Source of the DNA: Candidatus Gottesmanbacteria bacterium RIFCSPHIGHO2_02_FULL_39_11
Lineage (GTDB): Bacteria; Patescibacteriota; Microgenomatia; 2-02-FULL-39-11
NCBI GenBank assembly: GCA_001779195.1
Contig: MFJL01000022.1
Coordinates: forward strand, 1-56,573
Direction of reading: 5' to 3'
DNA length: 56,573 nt
Shown: positions 44,587 to 53,578 of the stretch, in pieces
How the letters are laid out: every line of letters starts with the position of its first letter
How positions within the stretch are numbered: position 1 is the stretch's first letter
Position numbers and translations under genes: made by a program
Notes under the pieces: model-generated
What the model was told of the DNA's origin: nothing
Databases searched by the model: none
What the model saw: only the letters and a program-made list of their open reading frames with translations

Positions 44587-46271
44587 GATTTAGTTAAGAC
44601 ATAGTTTTCAATTACCAAATATTTCATTTTTGTTTTTAAAAAATCCTCTACCGCCTGTTTAGGAGATTCTACCAATGGTTCATCTGACAAATTAAAACTT
44701 GTGTTTAGAAGGCAGGGAATTTTTGTTTTTTGGTAAAATAACTTGATAAGATCATAATATATGCCGTCTGTATGATTAATCGTTTGAATTCTGCAGCTGT
44801 TATCTTTGTGGATAATTGAAGGAATCTTATCTTTCCAGTCTTTTTTCACTTGAAAACAGAAATTCATATAAGGAAATGATGTTTGGCTTAAAGGTAAATC
44901 AAATAATTTATTTGCATGTTCCTCAAGAACAGATCCACCAAATGGTCTGAAGTCTTCTCTTTTTTTAATCTCATTAACTCTCTCTTTCATATTTTTATTT
45001 TTAGGGCTTGCAAGAATTGATCTGTTTCCCAGTGCTCTGGGGCCAAACTCCATTCTTCCCTGGAACCATCCGACTATACCCTCCTTAATAAGGATATCGA
45101 CAACTTTATTTAAAAGTTCTTTTTGCGATTTATATTTTTGAAAATGAAAAGACTTGTTTCTAACCAAAGGTAGTAGTTCTGATGCTTTATAAGAGTTGCC
45201 AAAATTTAAGTGACTTATCCTATATCTTTTTGGGTTATTCAGTATAGAATGATATATGTAAAGGGCTGCTCCAATTGCATTCCCGCTGTCCCCTGCAGCT
45301 CCCATAATATAAACTTTTTTAAAAGGAGTATTCTTAAATATTTTTCCATTCCCAAGAGCATTTAAGCCTACTCCCCCGCTTACACATACATTTTCATTTT
45401 TAGTTAATGAATAAAGGTGATTTAAAATTTTCAGATAAATTTTTTCTGTGACAAGCTGAATGCTTGATGCAATATCCATATGTTTTTGAGTTATCTGATC
45501 TTCTGGTTTTCGGGGAGATCCAAACAGTTTAGTAAATTTTTTAGACCACATAACAAATTTTTCCTGAAAACTGAAGTAATTCATATTTAACCTGAAGCTG
45601 CCATCATCTTTAATATCTATAACCTTAAAGATTTTGTTTATAAAATTAGGATTTCCATATGCTGAGAGTCCCATTACTTTGTATTCGTCGTTATTTACCT
45701 TGTAACCTAAAAAAGAAGTAAAAGTTGAGTAAAGTAATCCTAATGAGTGAGGGAAATTGATTGTTTTCAGCGGCAGTATTGCATTATTCTTGCCTTCCCA
45801 AAGAGCTGTTGTCTGATATTCCCCTACTCCGTCAATTGTCGCAATTGCAGAGGATTCAAAGGGAGAAGGATAAAAAACAGAGGATGCATGAGACAGATGG
45901 TGAGGAATAAAAAAAAGATCTTTTTTGAATTTAAGTTTTTTTCTGAGTGGTTGTTCAACTTTAATTTTGTGGTTCATCCAGTCGGGAATTGATTTTACGA
46001 ATGCTCTGGCTCCATAGGGATATGTTTTTACGAACGTTTCAAGAATACGCTCAAATTTTAAAAGTGGTTTTTCATAATAGGAGATATAGTCGATTTGATC
46101 AATGCTAACCTCAGCAAATGCTAAGCAAGCCCGGATGGCTTTAAATGGAAATGAATTATCGTGCTTAATGCGGGAGAATCCTTCCTCTTCAACTGCAAAG
46201 ATAACTTTTCCGTCTTTTATAAGAGTTGCTGCACTGTCATGGTAGTAAGCAGATATGCCTAAAATATACAC
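44580..46271 (-). CDS. Carbamoyltransferase (NodU/CmcH family)
   Basis: N-terminus MYILGISAYYHDSAATLIKDGKVIFAVEEEGFSRIKHD. Its 563 aa fit the two-domain family layout. Confidence 0.85.
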   Translation of the reverse strand: MYILGISAYYHDSAATLIKDGKVIFAVEEEGFSRIKHDNSFPFKAIRACLAFAEVSIDQIDYISYYEKPLLKFERILETFVKTYPYGARAFVKSIPDWMNHKIKVEQPLRKKLKFKKDLFFIPHHLSHASSVFYPSPFESSAIATIDGVGEYQTTALWEGKNNAILPLKTINFPHSLGLLYSTFTSFLGYKVNNDEYKVMGLSAYGNPNFINKIFKVIDIKDDGSFRLNMNYFSFQEKFVMWSKKFTKLFGSPRKPEDQITQKHMDIASSIQLVTEKIYLKILNHLYSLTKNENVCVSGGVGLNALGNGKIFKNTPFKKVYIMGAAGDSGNAIGAALYIYHSILNNPKRYRISHLNFGNSYKASELLPLVRNKSFHFQKYKSQKELLNKVVDILIKEGIVGWFQGRMEFGPRALGNRSILASPKNKNMKERVNEIKKREDFRPFGGSVLEEHANKLFDLPLSQTSFPYMNFCFQVKKDWKDKIPSIIHKDNSCRIQTINHTDGIYYDLIKLFYQKTKIPCLLNTSFNLSDEPLVESPKQAVEDFLKTKMKYLVIENYVLTKSQ

Positions 46272-46272
46272 A

Positions 46273-46464
46273 TTAATATGCAGATTTGAAGTGTTCTAAT
46301 GAGTGATCCAACTTAAAATTTTCCCAGTAAGTTGTTTCACTTTTATTTTTTTTCTTAATAAAGATATTGTAAAAAATATACATGATTCCCACTATTAGGT
46401 GATAAAATACAAAAAGAAACAATGAAGCAATTACGGCGTTTATTTTTTTGAAAATTTTTATCAT
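46273..46464 (-). CDS. Small membrane protein immediately upstream of the carbamoyltransferase gene
   Basis: MIKIFKKINAVIASLFLFVFYHLIVGIMYIFYNIFIKKK... The stop is 1 nt before the carbamoyltransferase start. The start was set at an internal ATG. Confidence 0.45.
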   Translation of the reverse strand: MIKIFKKINAVIASLFLFVFYHLIVGIMYIFYNIFIKKKNKSETTYWENFKLDHSLEHFKSAY

Positions 46465-46649
46465 ATAATCGGATAAAGAAAGACAGGCAAAGGTGAAATC
46501 TGGATATAAATAATTACTAAAGTTGCAATGATAAGAAATAAAAATAAAGGAATTAACCACTTTTTATCGGATTTTCTTGCCAGAATTAATATTTGTTTAA
46601 TTGCCTCAATCATTCCTTAATCATAGCAAATTGTACCCTTTTAATACAT

Positions 46650-47828
46650 GTGAAAATACTTCAACTGCATAATTACTATCAATACCGAGGCGGAGAAGAT
46701 GCGTATTTTGATTCTTTGACAGAATTATTGTCTGCAAACGGACACGAAGTAACTAAGTTTACGAAAAATAGCAAGGATATTTTGAATTCCTTTAAGGGTC
46801 AGTTCAGTTCTGCGCTTGGAATGTTTTGGAATACATCTGTTGAGCAGGAACTAGAAACCCTTATTCGTCTGAAAAAGCCTGATATTGCGCACTTTCACAA
46901 TATAAATCCCTTAATTACAAATACAGCTTATTTTGTATGTAAAAAATATAATATTCCCATTGTTCAAACCATTCATAATTACCGGTTTTTATGTCCTAAA
47001 GGAACTTTATTTAGAAACGGAAATATTTGTCAATTATGTGTGACTAAAAGGTTTAAGTATCCTTCTATTCTGTATAACTGCTATCATAATTCATTTCCAG
47101 CCTCTGCAGTATACGCTTCCACTTTTTTTCTTAATACTCTTAGTAACTCTTTTAATCTTATAGATATCTTTATTTTTTCTTCTCTTTTCTCAAAATCCTA
47201 TTTTTCTTCTTATACCAATTTTCCGGACAAAAAAAAGACCGTGATTCCCTATTTTGTTCCTGATTTTAGAGTTAAAAAAATAAATTTAGCTTATAAAGAC
47301 TACTTTTTGTTTGTCGGTAGATTATCTGAAGAAAAAGGAATTATTCAGCTTTTGGAGATACTTAAAAACATTCCTCTTAATTTAATTGTTATCGGAGATG
47401 GTCCTCTGAAAGATCAAGTCAGCAGCTACGGCAAATTTCCGAATATTCGCATATTAAATTATTGTAGCCGCCCGGAGGTTCTGCACTACATGAGTAATGC
47501 TTTTTGCAGTATTATTCCATCCAGATGGTTTGAAACAGGTCCCCTTGTGATGCTAGAGTCTTTATGTATGGGTACCCCTGTTATAGTACCTAATATAGGT
47601 TCATTTAAAGAGATAATAACTTCAGATGATTTTGGTTACAGATATAATCACAAAGACTTTTTGTCTCTAAAAAATAAAATTGAATTGATGTGGAGAAATA
47701 GAAAAATATGGAGTCAAAGAAAAAAAGAAATAAAAAAATATTTTTATGAAAAATATTCAGAGAAAAGTCATTACGATAACTTGATGGATGCCTATCACAA
47801 AGTACTATCAGTCAAAAACTCTAAATAG
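46650..47828 (+). CDS. Glycosyltransferase family 4 (GT-B fold)
   Basis: VKILQLHNYYQYRGGED at the N-terminus, GRLSEEKG, and PSRWFETGPLVMLESLCMGTPVI (E-x7-E). A GTG start is proposed at 46650. Confidence 0.75.
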   Translation: MKILQLHNYYQYRGGEDAYFDSLTELLSANGHEVTKFTKNSKDILNSFKGQFSSALGMFWNTSVEQELETLIRLKKPDIAHFHNINPLITNTAYFVCKKYNIPIVQTIHNYRFLCPKGTLFRNGNICQLCVTKRFKYPSILYNCYHNSFPASAVYASTFFLNTLSNSFNLIDIFIFSSLFSKSYFSSYTNFPDKKKTVIPYFVPDFRVKKINLAYKDYFLFVGRLSEEKGIIQLLEILKNIPLNLIVIGDGPLKDQVSSYGKFPNIRILNYCSRPEVLHYMSNAFCSIIPSRWFETGPLVMLESLCMGTPVIVPNIGSFKEIITSDDFGYRYNHKDFLSLKNKIELMWRNRKIWSQRKKEIKKYFYEKYSEKSHYDNLMDAYHKVLSVKNSK

Positions 47829-48797
47829 ATATAAAGGGTAGAGAAACATCTTTAGAATGTAATAAAAACCCAGTTGAATCAACATAAAATTTTTTTTGAA
47901 AACATTTTCTTTTAACTCAATAATTTTTTTAGCTTTAAGAAATAGTTTGCTTTTTGCTTTTAAATTTAATCTTTTAGATCTAAAAGAGTGATCCCTAATT
48001 TGAACTGATAAATATTGGAATAAATTTAAAGAATGTGAATGCAAAATAATACATCTAGGATCGTAGACCTTAGTTAGTCCTTTATCGATTATATTTTTCC
48101 CCATTAAAATGTCTTCTCCATAATTGGTTTTACTGAAAGGATTCTTTTTTAAATATTCGCTCTTGTAGCAGGAAAAAGTATTAAAAAGAGAGTACCAGAG
48201 TATTTTAGAATCCTCACTTAAGGGTGTAAAGGGATTAATGATATCCTGAAATAATGGTTCACTATTTGCGTAATAATCCAATTCCTCAAATCTGCATTGC
48301 TGCTCGATTTTTTGAATAATAGGCGTTTTAGGGTATGGGATATGTTTTCCAAATACAGCAACAGTTTTACTGTCCGATTTCAAATCGTTTCTGAAAAACT
48401 TGAAGAAAGAATCATTAACTAGACTAACATCCTGAGACATGAAAATAATATATTTCCCTTTTGCCAGCCTTACTCCATCATTTCTAGTTAAACCGTGATT
48501 AAAATCCTTCTTTCTGATTTTAACTAGTGTTATTCTTGAAAATTTCAACTGAAATGAATTAATAATAGGAATAGTCTGGTCAGTCGATTCTGAATCAATT
48601 AGAATTATCTCAATATTGTACTTTTTGGAATATGTGATAAGGTTGGATAATAAATTTTCAATTGATCTCCCTGCATTATGAGTTGGTATAATTATAGAAA
48701 ATTCAACACTTTTTTCTTCTTTTGTATAGCTTTTTTCCTTTTGAGAATCCCTCCTGTCGCTTTCCCCATGCCTGTATTTTCTTTTTTTAATTCTCAT
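47808..48797 (-). CDS. Glycosyltransferase family 2
   Basis: Motifs FSIIIPTHNAGRSIENLL and IDSESTDQT, with a DxD-like IFMSQDV. Confidence 0.75.
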   Translation of the reverse strand: MRIKKRKYRHGESDRRDSQKEKSYTKEEKSVEFSIIIPTHNAGRSIENLLSNLITYSKKYNIEIILIDSESTDQTIPIINSFQLKFSRITLVKIRKKDFNHGLTRNDGVRLAKGKYIIFMSQDVSLVNDSFFKFFRNDLKSDSKTVAVFGKHIPYPKTPIIQKIEQQCRFEELDYYANSEPLFQDIINPFTPLSEDSKILWYSLFNTFSCYKSEYLKKNPFSKTNYGEDILMGKNIIDKGLTKVYDPRCIILHSHSLNLFQYLSVQIRDHSFRSKRLNLKAKSKLFLKAKKIIELKENVFKKNFMLIQLGFYYILKMFLYPLYLFRVFD

Positions 48798-49955
48798 ACA
48801 ATTTCTCAGATTATCATTTTAATTTTATTCGTAATTATTATATCAAAACCTGACCTAAGATCTTCTCTTTTACCAATTAATAAAACTCTGAAAATACTGC
48901 TGTTTGTTTTTTTCCTATCTCAATCCTTATCAATTATTAATGCGGTCAATATCGATGAATTTTTATCCGTCTATAAAAATCTAACGGTTGGATTTATTTT
49001 CTTTATAGTGGCAATAGTTGAGATTAATTCGAGAGACCATATCAAAAAAATAATTCAAATCTTTGTTATATCCATTGTAGTAAATTTATCTGCCCAGCTT
49101 ATCTATTATTTTGGACAAGACAGTATGGTAAATGTTCTGCAAGTTTTTCTGTATCCTAAATACTGGGAAGTAGTTAAATTAAATCTAATAAGGGACAGAT
49201 TTTTTATTGAAATGCAGGAACCTGCGCTAATTCCGATCTTAATATATTTAGGAATAAAATCTCCATCTAAAAAATATACTTTTTTTTATTTTTTACTCTG
49301 GATCTTGGAAATATTCCTTTCTACTATATCAAATTTCAGAAGTTTATTTTTTATGGCAATAGTTTCCACCTATATATCTCTCTTTTATATGGTAAAAAAA
49401 ATAAAATACTCTTTATTTTTAACTTCACTACTGATTATGGTATTTATAATTACCGGTTACATATCTGCTTTTTATGCAAACAGAAATACCATTGATAGGA
49501 TAGTCTTTGCCACCAAAGAGGAGACACAAACACTAATTAGTAGAATTGATTTATGGAAATACTCTCTGGATTTAGGAAAAGCATTTTCTTTAACCGGGGT
49601 TGGATTGGGAAACTTTTATGAATATCTTCCCTTTAAATATCATCATACCGGGACAACCAATCCAAACCAAATTAAGCTAAATTTCCTAAGTTCTCACAAT
49701 CCTCATAACATTATATTTGAGTTGTTATCGGAAACAGGTTTCATCGGATTATGTTCTTATATATTTCTATTAATCTATTTTATTAGGACAGATAAGGATA
49801 TTTTCAGTAATAAAAAAAAAGAGATATATCCTTTTATAATTTCTTTTTGGACTTTGTTTTTATATGCAGCATGGAATCCGGCATTTACAACATCTTTTTG
49901 GATTCTTTTTTGGGTCTTAAGAGTTTTAATTATAAACTATAACAGAAATGAGTAA
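48768..49955 (+). CDS. O-antigen ligase/polymerase-like (Wzy_C) membrane protein
   Basis: Polytopic protein with the motif SHNPHNIIFELLSETGFIGL. The start is uncertain: ATG 48768 would overlap the divergent GT2 start by 30 nt. Confidence 0.6.
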   Translation: MPVFSFFNSHTISQIIILILFVIIISKPDLRSSLLPINKTLKILLFVFFLSQSLSIINAVNIDEFLSVYKNLTVGFIFFIVAIVEINSRDHIKKIIQIFVISIVVNLSAQLIYYFGQDSMVNVLQVFLYPKYWEVVKLNLIRDRFFIEMQEPALIPILIYLGIKSPSKKYTFFYFLLWILEIFLSTISNFRSLFFMAIVSTYISLFYMVKKIKYSLFLTSLLIMVFIITGYISAFYANRNTIDRIVFATKEETQTLISRIDLWKYSLDLGKAFSLTGVGLGNFYEYLPFKYHHTGTTNPNQIKLNFLSSHNPHNIIFELLSETGFIGLCSYIFLLIYFIRTDKDIFSNKKKEIYPFIISFWTLFLYAAWNPAFTTSFWILFWVLRVLIINYNRNE

Positions 49956-50751
49956 TCATAATCAGATTAAAAAAAATGTAGCCGGAATAATAATTGCAAA
50001 GAGTGATTATGAGGCCATAAAAAAAACTGTTGCTACAAATATAAAAGCAGGAAAAAAACTTCTTATCTCCCCTCTTGCTTCTCATACGATAGTCAAAGCT
50101 TTGTTTGACAAAAAACTTAGGAGTATATTGAATCACTACGACGCTCTCTATCCGGACAGCCAGTATGTACGATGGGCTTTGGGATTTCTTTACGGAAGCT
50201 GGTTGAAGGATCGAGTGTATGGACCAGAGCTTATGCTTCGGGTATGTGGTCTTGCTCAGGATAATAAATATAAAATAATATTATACGGAAATACGTTAAG
50301 TACACTGGAAAGATTAAAAAATAATGTATTGAAGAAGTTTCCCGATTTAAAAATTAACGCGGTAATTCCATCTGTTTTTAGAGATTTAACTCTGGAGGAA
50401 AAAGAAAGTCTTATTAAAGAGATCGAAAAAAGTAAAACAAATATTCTGATTATCGGGATGAGCAGCCCTTTAGAGCAAATTTTGGGGTATAAGCTTCTCC
50501 ATGAAAATCCATGTTTAAAAAAACCTATTGTTATTCTTCCCGTCGGAGCCGCATTTGATTTTATTGCGGGAGTCAGACTTCAAGCTCCTAAATGGATAGG
50601 AGATATGGGATTTGAATGGTTATTCAGGCTTCTTTCTGAGCCAAAACGGTTATGGAAAAGATATCTGGTATATGGTCCGTTATTTATTATTCTGGTGATC
50701 TTTCAAAAGATCAGGATGCTGGTTGGATATCAGAAACGATATATTCATTAA
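49948..50751 (+). CDS. WecG/TagA/CpsF-family glycosyltransferase
   Basis: Motifs GPELMLRVC, ILYGNT, LPVGAAFDF and PKWIGDMGFEWLFRLLSEPKRLWKRY. Confidence 0.8.
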   Translation: MSNHNQIKKNVAGIIIAKSDYEAIKKTVATNIKAGKKLLISPLASHTIVKALFDKKLRSILNHYDALYPDSQYVRWALGFLYGSWLKDRVYGPELMLRVCGLAQDNKYKIILYGNTLSTLERLKNNVLKKFPDLKINAVIPSVFRDLTLEEKESLIKEIEKSKTNILIIGMSSPLEQILGYKLLHENPCLKKPIVILPVGAAFDFIAGVRLQAPKWIGDMGFEWLFRLLSEPKRLWKRYLVYGPLFIILVIFQKIRMLVGYQKRYIH

Positions 50752-51526
50752 AGGTAAAATTGGACGTTGATATATTTATTCCTTTCCCTTTTTTGATAAG
50801 CTGTTCTTCCCCAAATACCATCTGGTTATCTTTCTCAACTACTTTTATCCGTGCTTTTACTTCTATATATCTTCTGGCTTCCGCTCCCGCAGGCAGGTTC
50901 GGTACAGACTCAATAGAATATTCGATGCTGTCTGAATATTTTTTATCCAGCACTTCAAATATGTTACTTTCTCCGTCAAAATAAGAGTCCCCTATTTGTA
51001 TTGCATCAAACTCCCACGGGAATGCCAATCTTTTTACCAGAGTAATAATTTTTTCTTTATTTTTTTCATCTAAAGGCTTTTCCGAAAGCTGTGTGACAGT
51101 TCCGGCGCTTGCAAATGTTGGAAAAGATAGATCGATAGGAGATCCGACAGCCAAAGTATCTCTATTGAATAAATAGTTTTTGGTTGTTTTTTGTTGGGAA
51201 ACTTTAAGTTTTAAACTAAGATAAGTATCGAACTGATCGCTTCCCCAGACCGGATAATGAGTGACAGAGAGAACTTCAACTATTTTTTTGCCGGTTAAAT
51301 CTTTTGCCGAATCTCCTTTTTTTATTTGGCTGATCATCCAAATATTGGGTTTTGCTACCTGTGCCCACCATAATCCCTGTCCCAGTTTTACCTTTGTATA
51401 GACATAGACAGGCTTTGAGATAAATAATTTATAAAAAGAAACTAGAGCTACAAAAAGAACACAGATGATAATTCCGATAATGAAATAATATCGTTTAACA
51501 AACCGGGAGATAGATTTAAGGTTCAC
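50711..51526 (-). CDS. Membrane-anchored hypothetical protein
   Basis: N-terminal TM helix (YYFIIGIIICVLFVALVSFY) with an extracytoplasmic body and no recognisable motif. Convergent 41-nt overlap with the TagA-like gene. Confidence 0.5.
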   Translation of the reverse strand: MNLKSISRFVKRYYFIIGIIICVLFVALVSFYKLFISKPVYVYTKVKLGQGLWWAQVAKPNIWMISQIKKGDSAKDLTGKKIVEVLSVTHYPVWGSDQFDTYLSLKLKVSQQKTTKNYLFNRDTLAVGSPIDLSFPTFASAGTVTQLSEKPLDEKNKEKIITLVKRLAFPWEFDAIQIGDSYFDGESNIFEVLDKKYSDSIEYSIESVPNLPAGAEARRYIEVKARIKVVEKDNQMVFGEEQLIKKGKGINISTSNFTFNEYIVSDIQPAS

Positions 51527-51563
51527 AGTGGTATTATATATGATTAGAAGTCATTTCAATACC

Positions 51564-51630
51564 GTCATCCTGAACCTGCCTGCACTGAACATAATCACTA
51601 AGTCAGATGCTGAAATAAATTCAGCATGAC
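51564..51630. repeat. REP/MITE-like hairpins of the same family as 15473-15867
   Basis: The reverse complement of gatgctgaaataaattcagcatgac (51606-51630) differs at 1 of 25 positions from 15786-15810 (gtcatgctgaattcatttcagcatc). A degenerate gtcatcctgaac.. unit lies at 51564. Confidence 0.75.
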
Positions 51631-51663
51631 AAATTAACTAAAGTTTTGTTATATATTCTAGAT

Positions 51664-52242
51664 ATGATTCGGCACCAGGCTTATAAAATTATTGCTTTTA
51701 TTCTTTTTATTCCGGCTATTTTTATATTTCTTATTCTGTATGTTCCAGTTGTTGCCGCAAGCCGCGGGAGTTTTTTCTTTAAACAAAAAAGAATTGGAAA
51801 AGACGAAAAACCATTTACCATGTATAAGATTAGGACTATGCAAGCGGACGCCGAATATATAAAACACACCTTATTAAAAAAAAATCAGGCGGATGGACCG
51901 GTATTTAAAATTAAAAATGATCCCAGATTTACCGGAATCGGCAGAGTATTGGCCCAATACGGAGTTGATGAATTGCCTCAGATATTTAATATTATAAAAG
52001 GAGAAATGAGTTTTGTGGGGCCCCGTCCCCTGCCGGTTGACGAAGCAAAAAAAATACCTCAAAAATATCAAATTCGGCAATCGGTACTTCCCGGAATTAC
52101 TTCTCTTTGGGTGGCAAAAGGGTCGCATTCACGGCTTAACTTTAAGGAGTGGATGGAAAGTGATCTAGAATATATTGAAAACAATTCTCTTTTTGAGGAC
52201 ATGAGGATTATTATTCTTACTATAAAGGGACTTCTGCTATAG
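51664..52242 (+). CDS. Undecaprenyl-phosphate sugar phosphotransferase (small PglC/WbaP-type initiating transferase)
   Basis: Motifs KRIGKDEKPFTMYKIRTM, GPVFKIKNDPR and DELPQIFNIIKGEMSFVGPRP. The start was set at ATG 51664. Confidence 0.85.
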   Translation: MIRHQAYKIIAFILFIPAIFIFLILYVPVVAASRGSFFFKQKRIGKDEKPFTMYKIRTMQADAEYIKHTLLKKNQADGPVFKIKNDPRFTGIGRVLAQYGVDELPQIFNIIKGEMSFVGPRPLPVDEAKKIPQKYQIRQSVLPGITSLWVAKGSHSRLNFKEWMESDLEYIENNSLFEDMRIIILTIKGLLL

Positions 52243-52268
52243 CGGAGATGACCCTATTTTTTATGTAC

Positions 52269-52296
52269 TTGACTACCGGAAAATCGGTACTAAAAT
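52269..52296 (+). promoter_or_regulatory. Sigma70-like promoter (TTGACT-16 nt-TAAAAT) 6 nt upstream of the ATG
   Basis: TTGACT at 52269-74, TAAAAT at 52291-96, ATG at 52303, and no SD sequence. Confidence 0.45.
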
Positions 52297-52302
52297 AGTA
52301 GT

Positions 52303-53565
52303 ATGATCAAAAGAGAAGTGCTATCCCAGCTTGAGAAACACCTTCCATCTGACCAGATGACGATAATTATTGGTCCGCGACAGGTTGGAAAGACATATCT
52401 CATGAATCAGTTGAAGGAACAACTTCAAGAAAAGGGCAGTAAGACGGTATGGCTCAATCTTGATAATGAAGAGGACAAACAAAGATTTGTCTCACAGGCG
52501 GATCTTCTTTCCTATATAGAACTGCAAGTTGGAAAGGAGAAAGCGGTGGTTTTTATCGATGAGATACAAAGGAAAGATGATGCCGGGCTTTTTTTGAAGG
52601 GAATTTTTGATATGAAAACTCCCTATAAGTTTGTTGTCTCCGGTTCAGGGAGCCTTGAGCTTCGGGCTAAAATTTCTGAATCCATGGCGGGAAGAAAACA
52701 GTTGTTTGCCGTTGACCCGATAAGCTTTAAAGAGTTTGTCAATTTTAAAACAAATTACCAATATGAAGATAAATTAGCAGATTTTTTTAAACTGGAAGCT
52801 CTTAAAACAGACCGGTTGCTTTCCGAATATATGGTATTCGGCGGCTATCCCCGTGTCATCCTGGCAGAAACTGCTGAAGAGAAACAGAGTCAAATGCAGG
52901 AAATATATCGAAGCTATGTGGATCGTGATATCCATGCACTTCTTCATCTTGAGAAAATCGATGCGTTTAATAATCTTCTGAAAATTATTGCTTCGCAAAT
53001 TGGACAACTCGTAAGTATAGCCGAGCTGACATCGACAATCGGAATTGACCAAAAAACAGTCAGACATTATCTGTTTTACCTGGAACAAACATTTCTCATA
53101 CGCAAGGTTACTCCCTATTTCAGAAATACGAGAAGCGAAGTTACCAAAGCACCTCTTTATTACTTTGTGGATGTTGGATTTCGTAACTGGCTTCTAGGGT
53201 TATTTGGCCTTCCGGAAATTCCCCAACCGCTCCGGGGACATTTATTTGAAAACGTTGTTTTTAACGTGTTGAAAAATCAGACTGAACTCACACCCACCCG
53301 AATTCATTTCTGGCGGACAAAAGATCAGGCTGAAGTTGATTTTATTTTGGAAAAAGGTTTAGGTGTTATTCCTATTGAGGTAAAGTATGCAAAGTTGTCA
53401 AAACTTGAATTACCCAGATCACTCAGAAACTTCCTGACACGGTATAAACCATCAAAGGGATTCATGATCCATATCGGATATGAAGGAACTGGTGAAATAG
53501 TAGAAACTACCTCTATGCGACTTTTACCATTCTACAAATTGATTCTTCAACCGTTAGAGCCTTAA
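52303..53565 (+). CDS. AAA-family ATPase (AAA_14 / DUF4143 type), second copy
   Basis: Walker A GPRQVGKTY and Walker B VFIDEIQ, with a C-terminal EVDFIL-type nuclease-like tail. Confidence 0.7.
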   Translation: MIKREVLSQLEKHLPSDQMTIIIGPRQVGKTYLMNQLKEQLQEKGSKTVWLNLDNEEDKQRFVSQADLLSYIELQVGKEKAVVFIDEIQRKDDAGLFLKGIFDMKTPYKFVVSGSGSLELRAKISESMAGRKQLFAVDPISFKEFVNFKTNYQYEDKLADFFKLEALKTDRLLSEYMVFGGYPRVILAETAEEKQSQMQEIYRSYVDRDIHALLHLEKIDAFNNLLKIIASQIGQLVSIAELTSTIGIDQKTVRHYLFYLEQTFLIRKVTPYFRNTRSEVTKAPLYYFVDVGFRNWLLGLFGLPEIPQPLRGHLFENVVFNVLKNQTELTPTRIHFWRTKDQAEVDFILEKGLGVIPIEVKYAKLSKLELPRSLRNFLTRYKPSKGFMIHIGYEGTGEIVETTSMRLLPFYKLILQPLEP

Positions 53566-53578
53566 CAAAAAATTACTG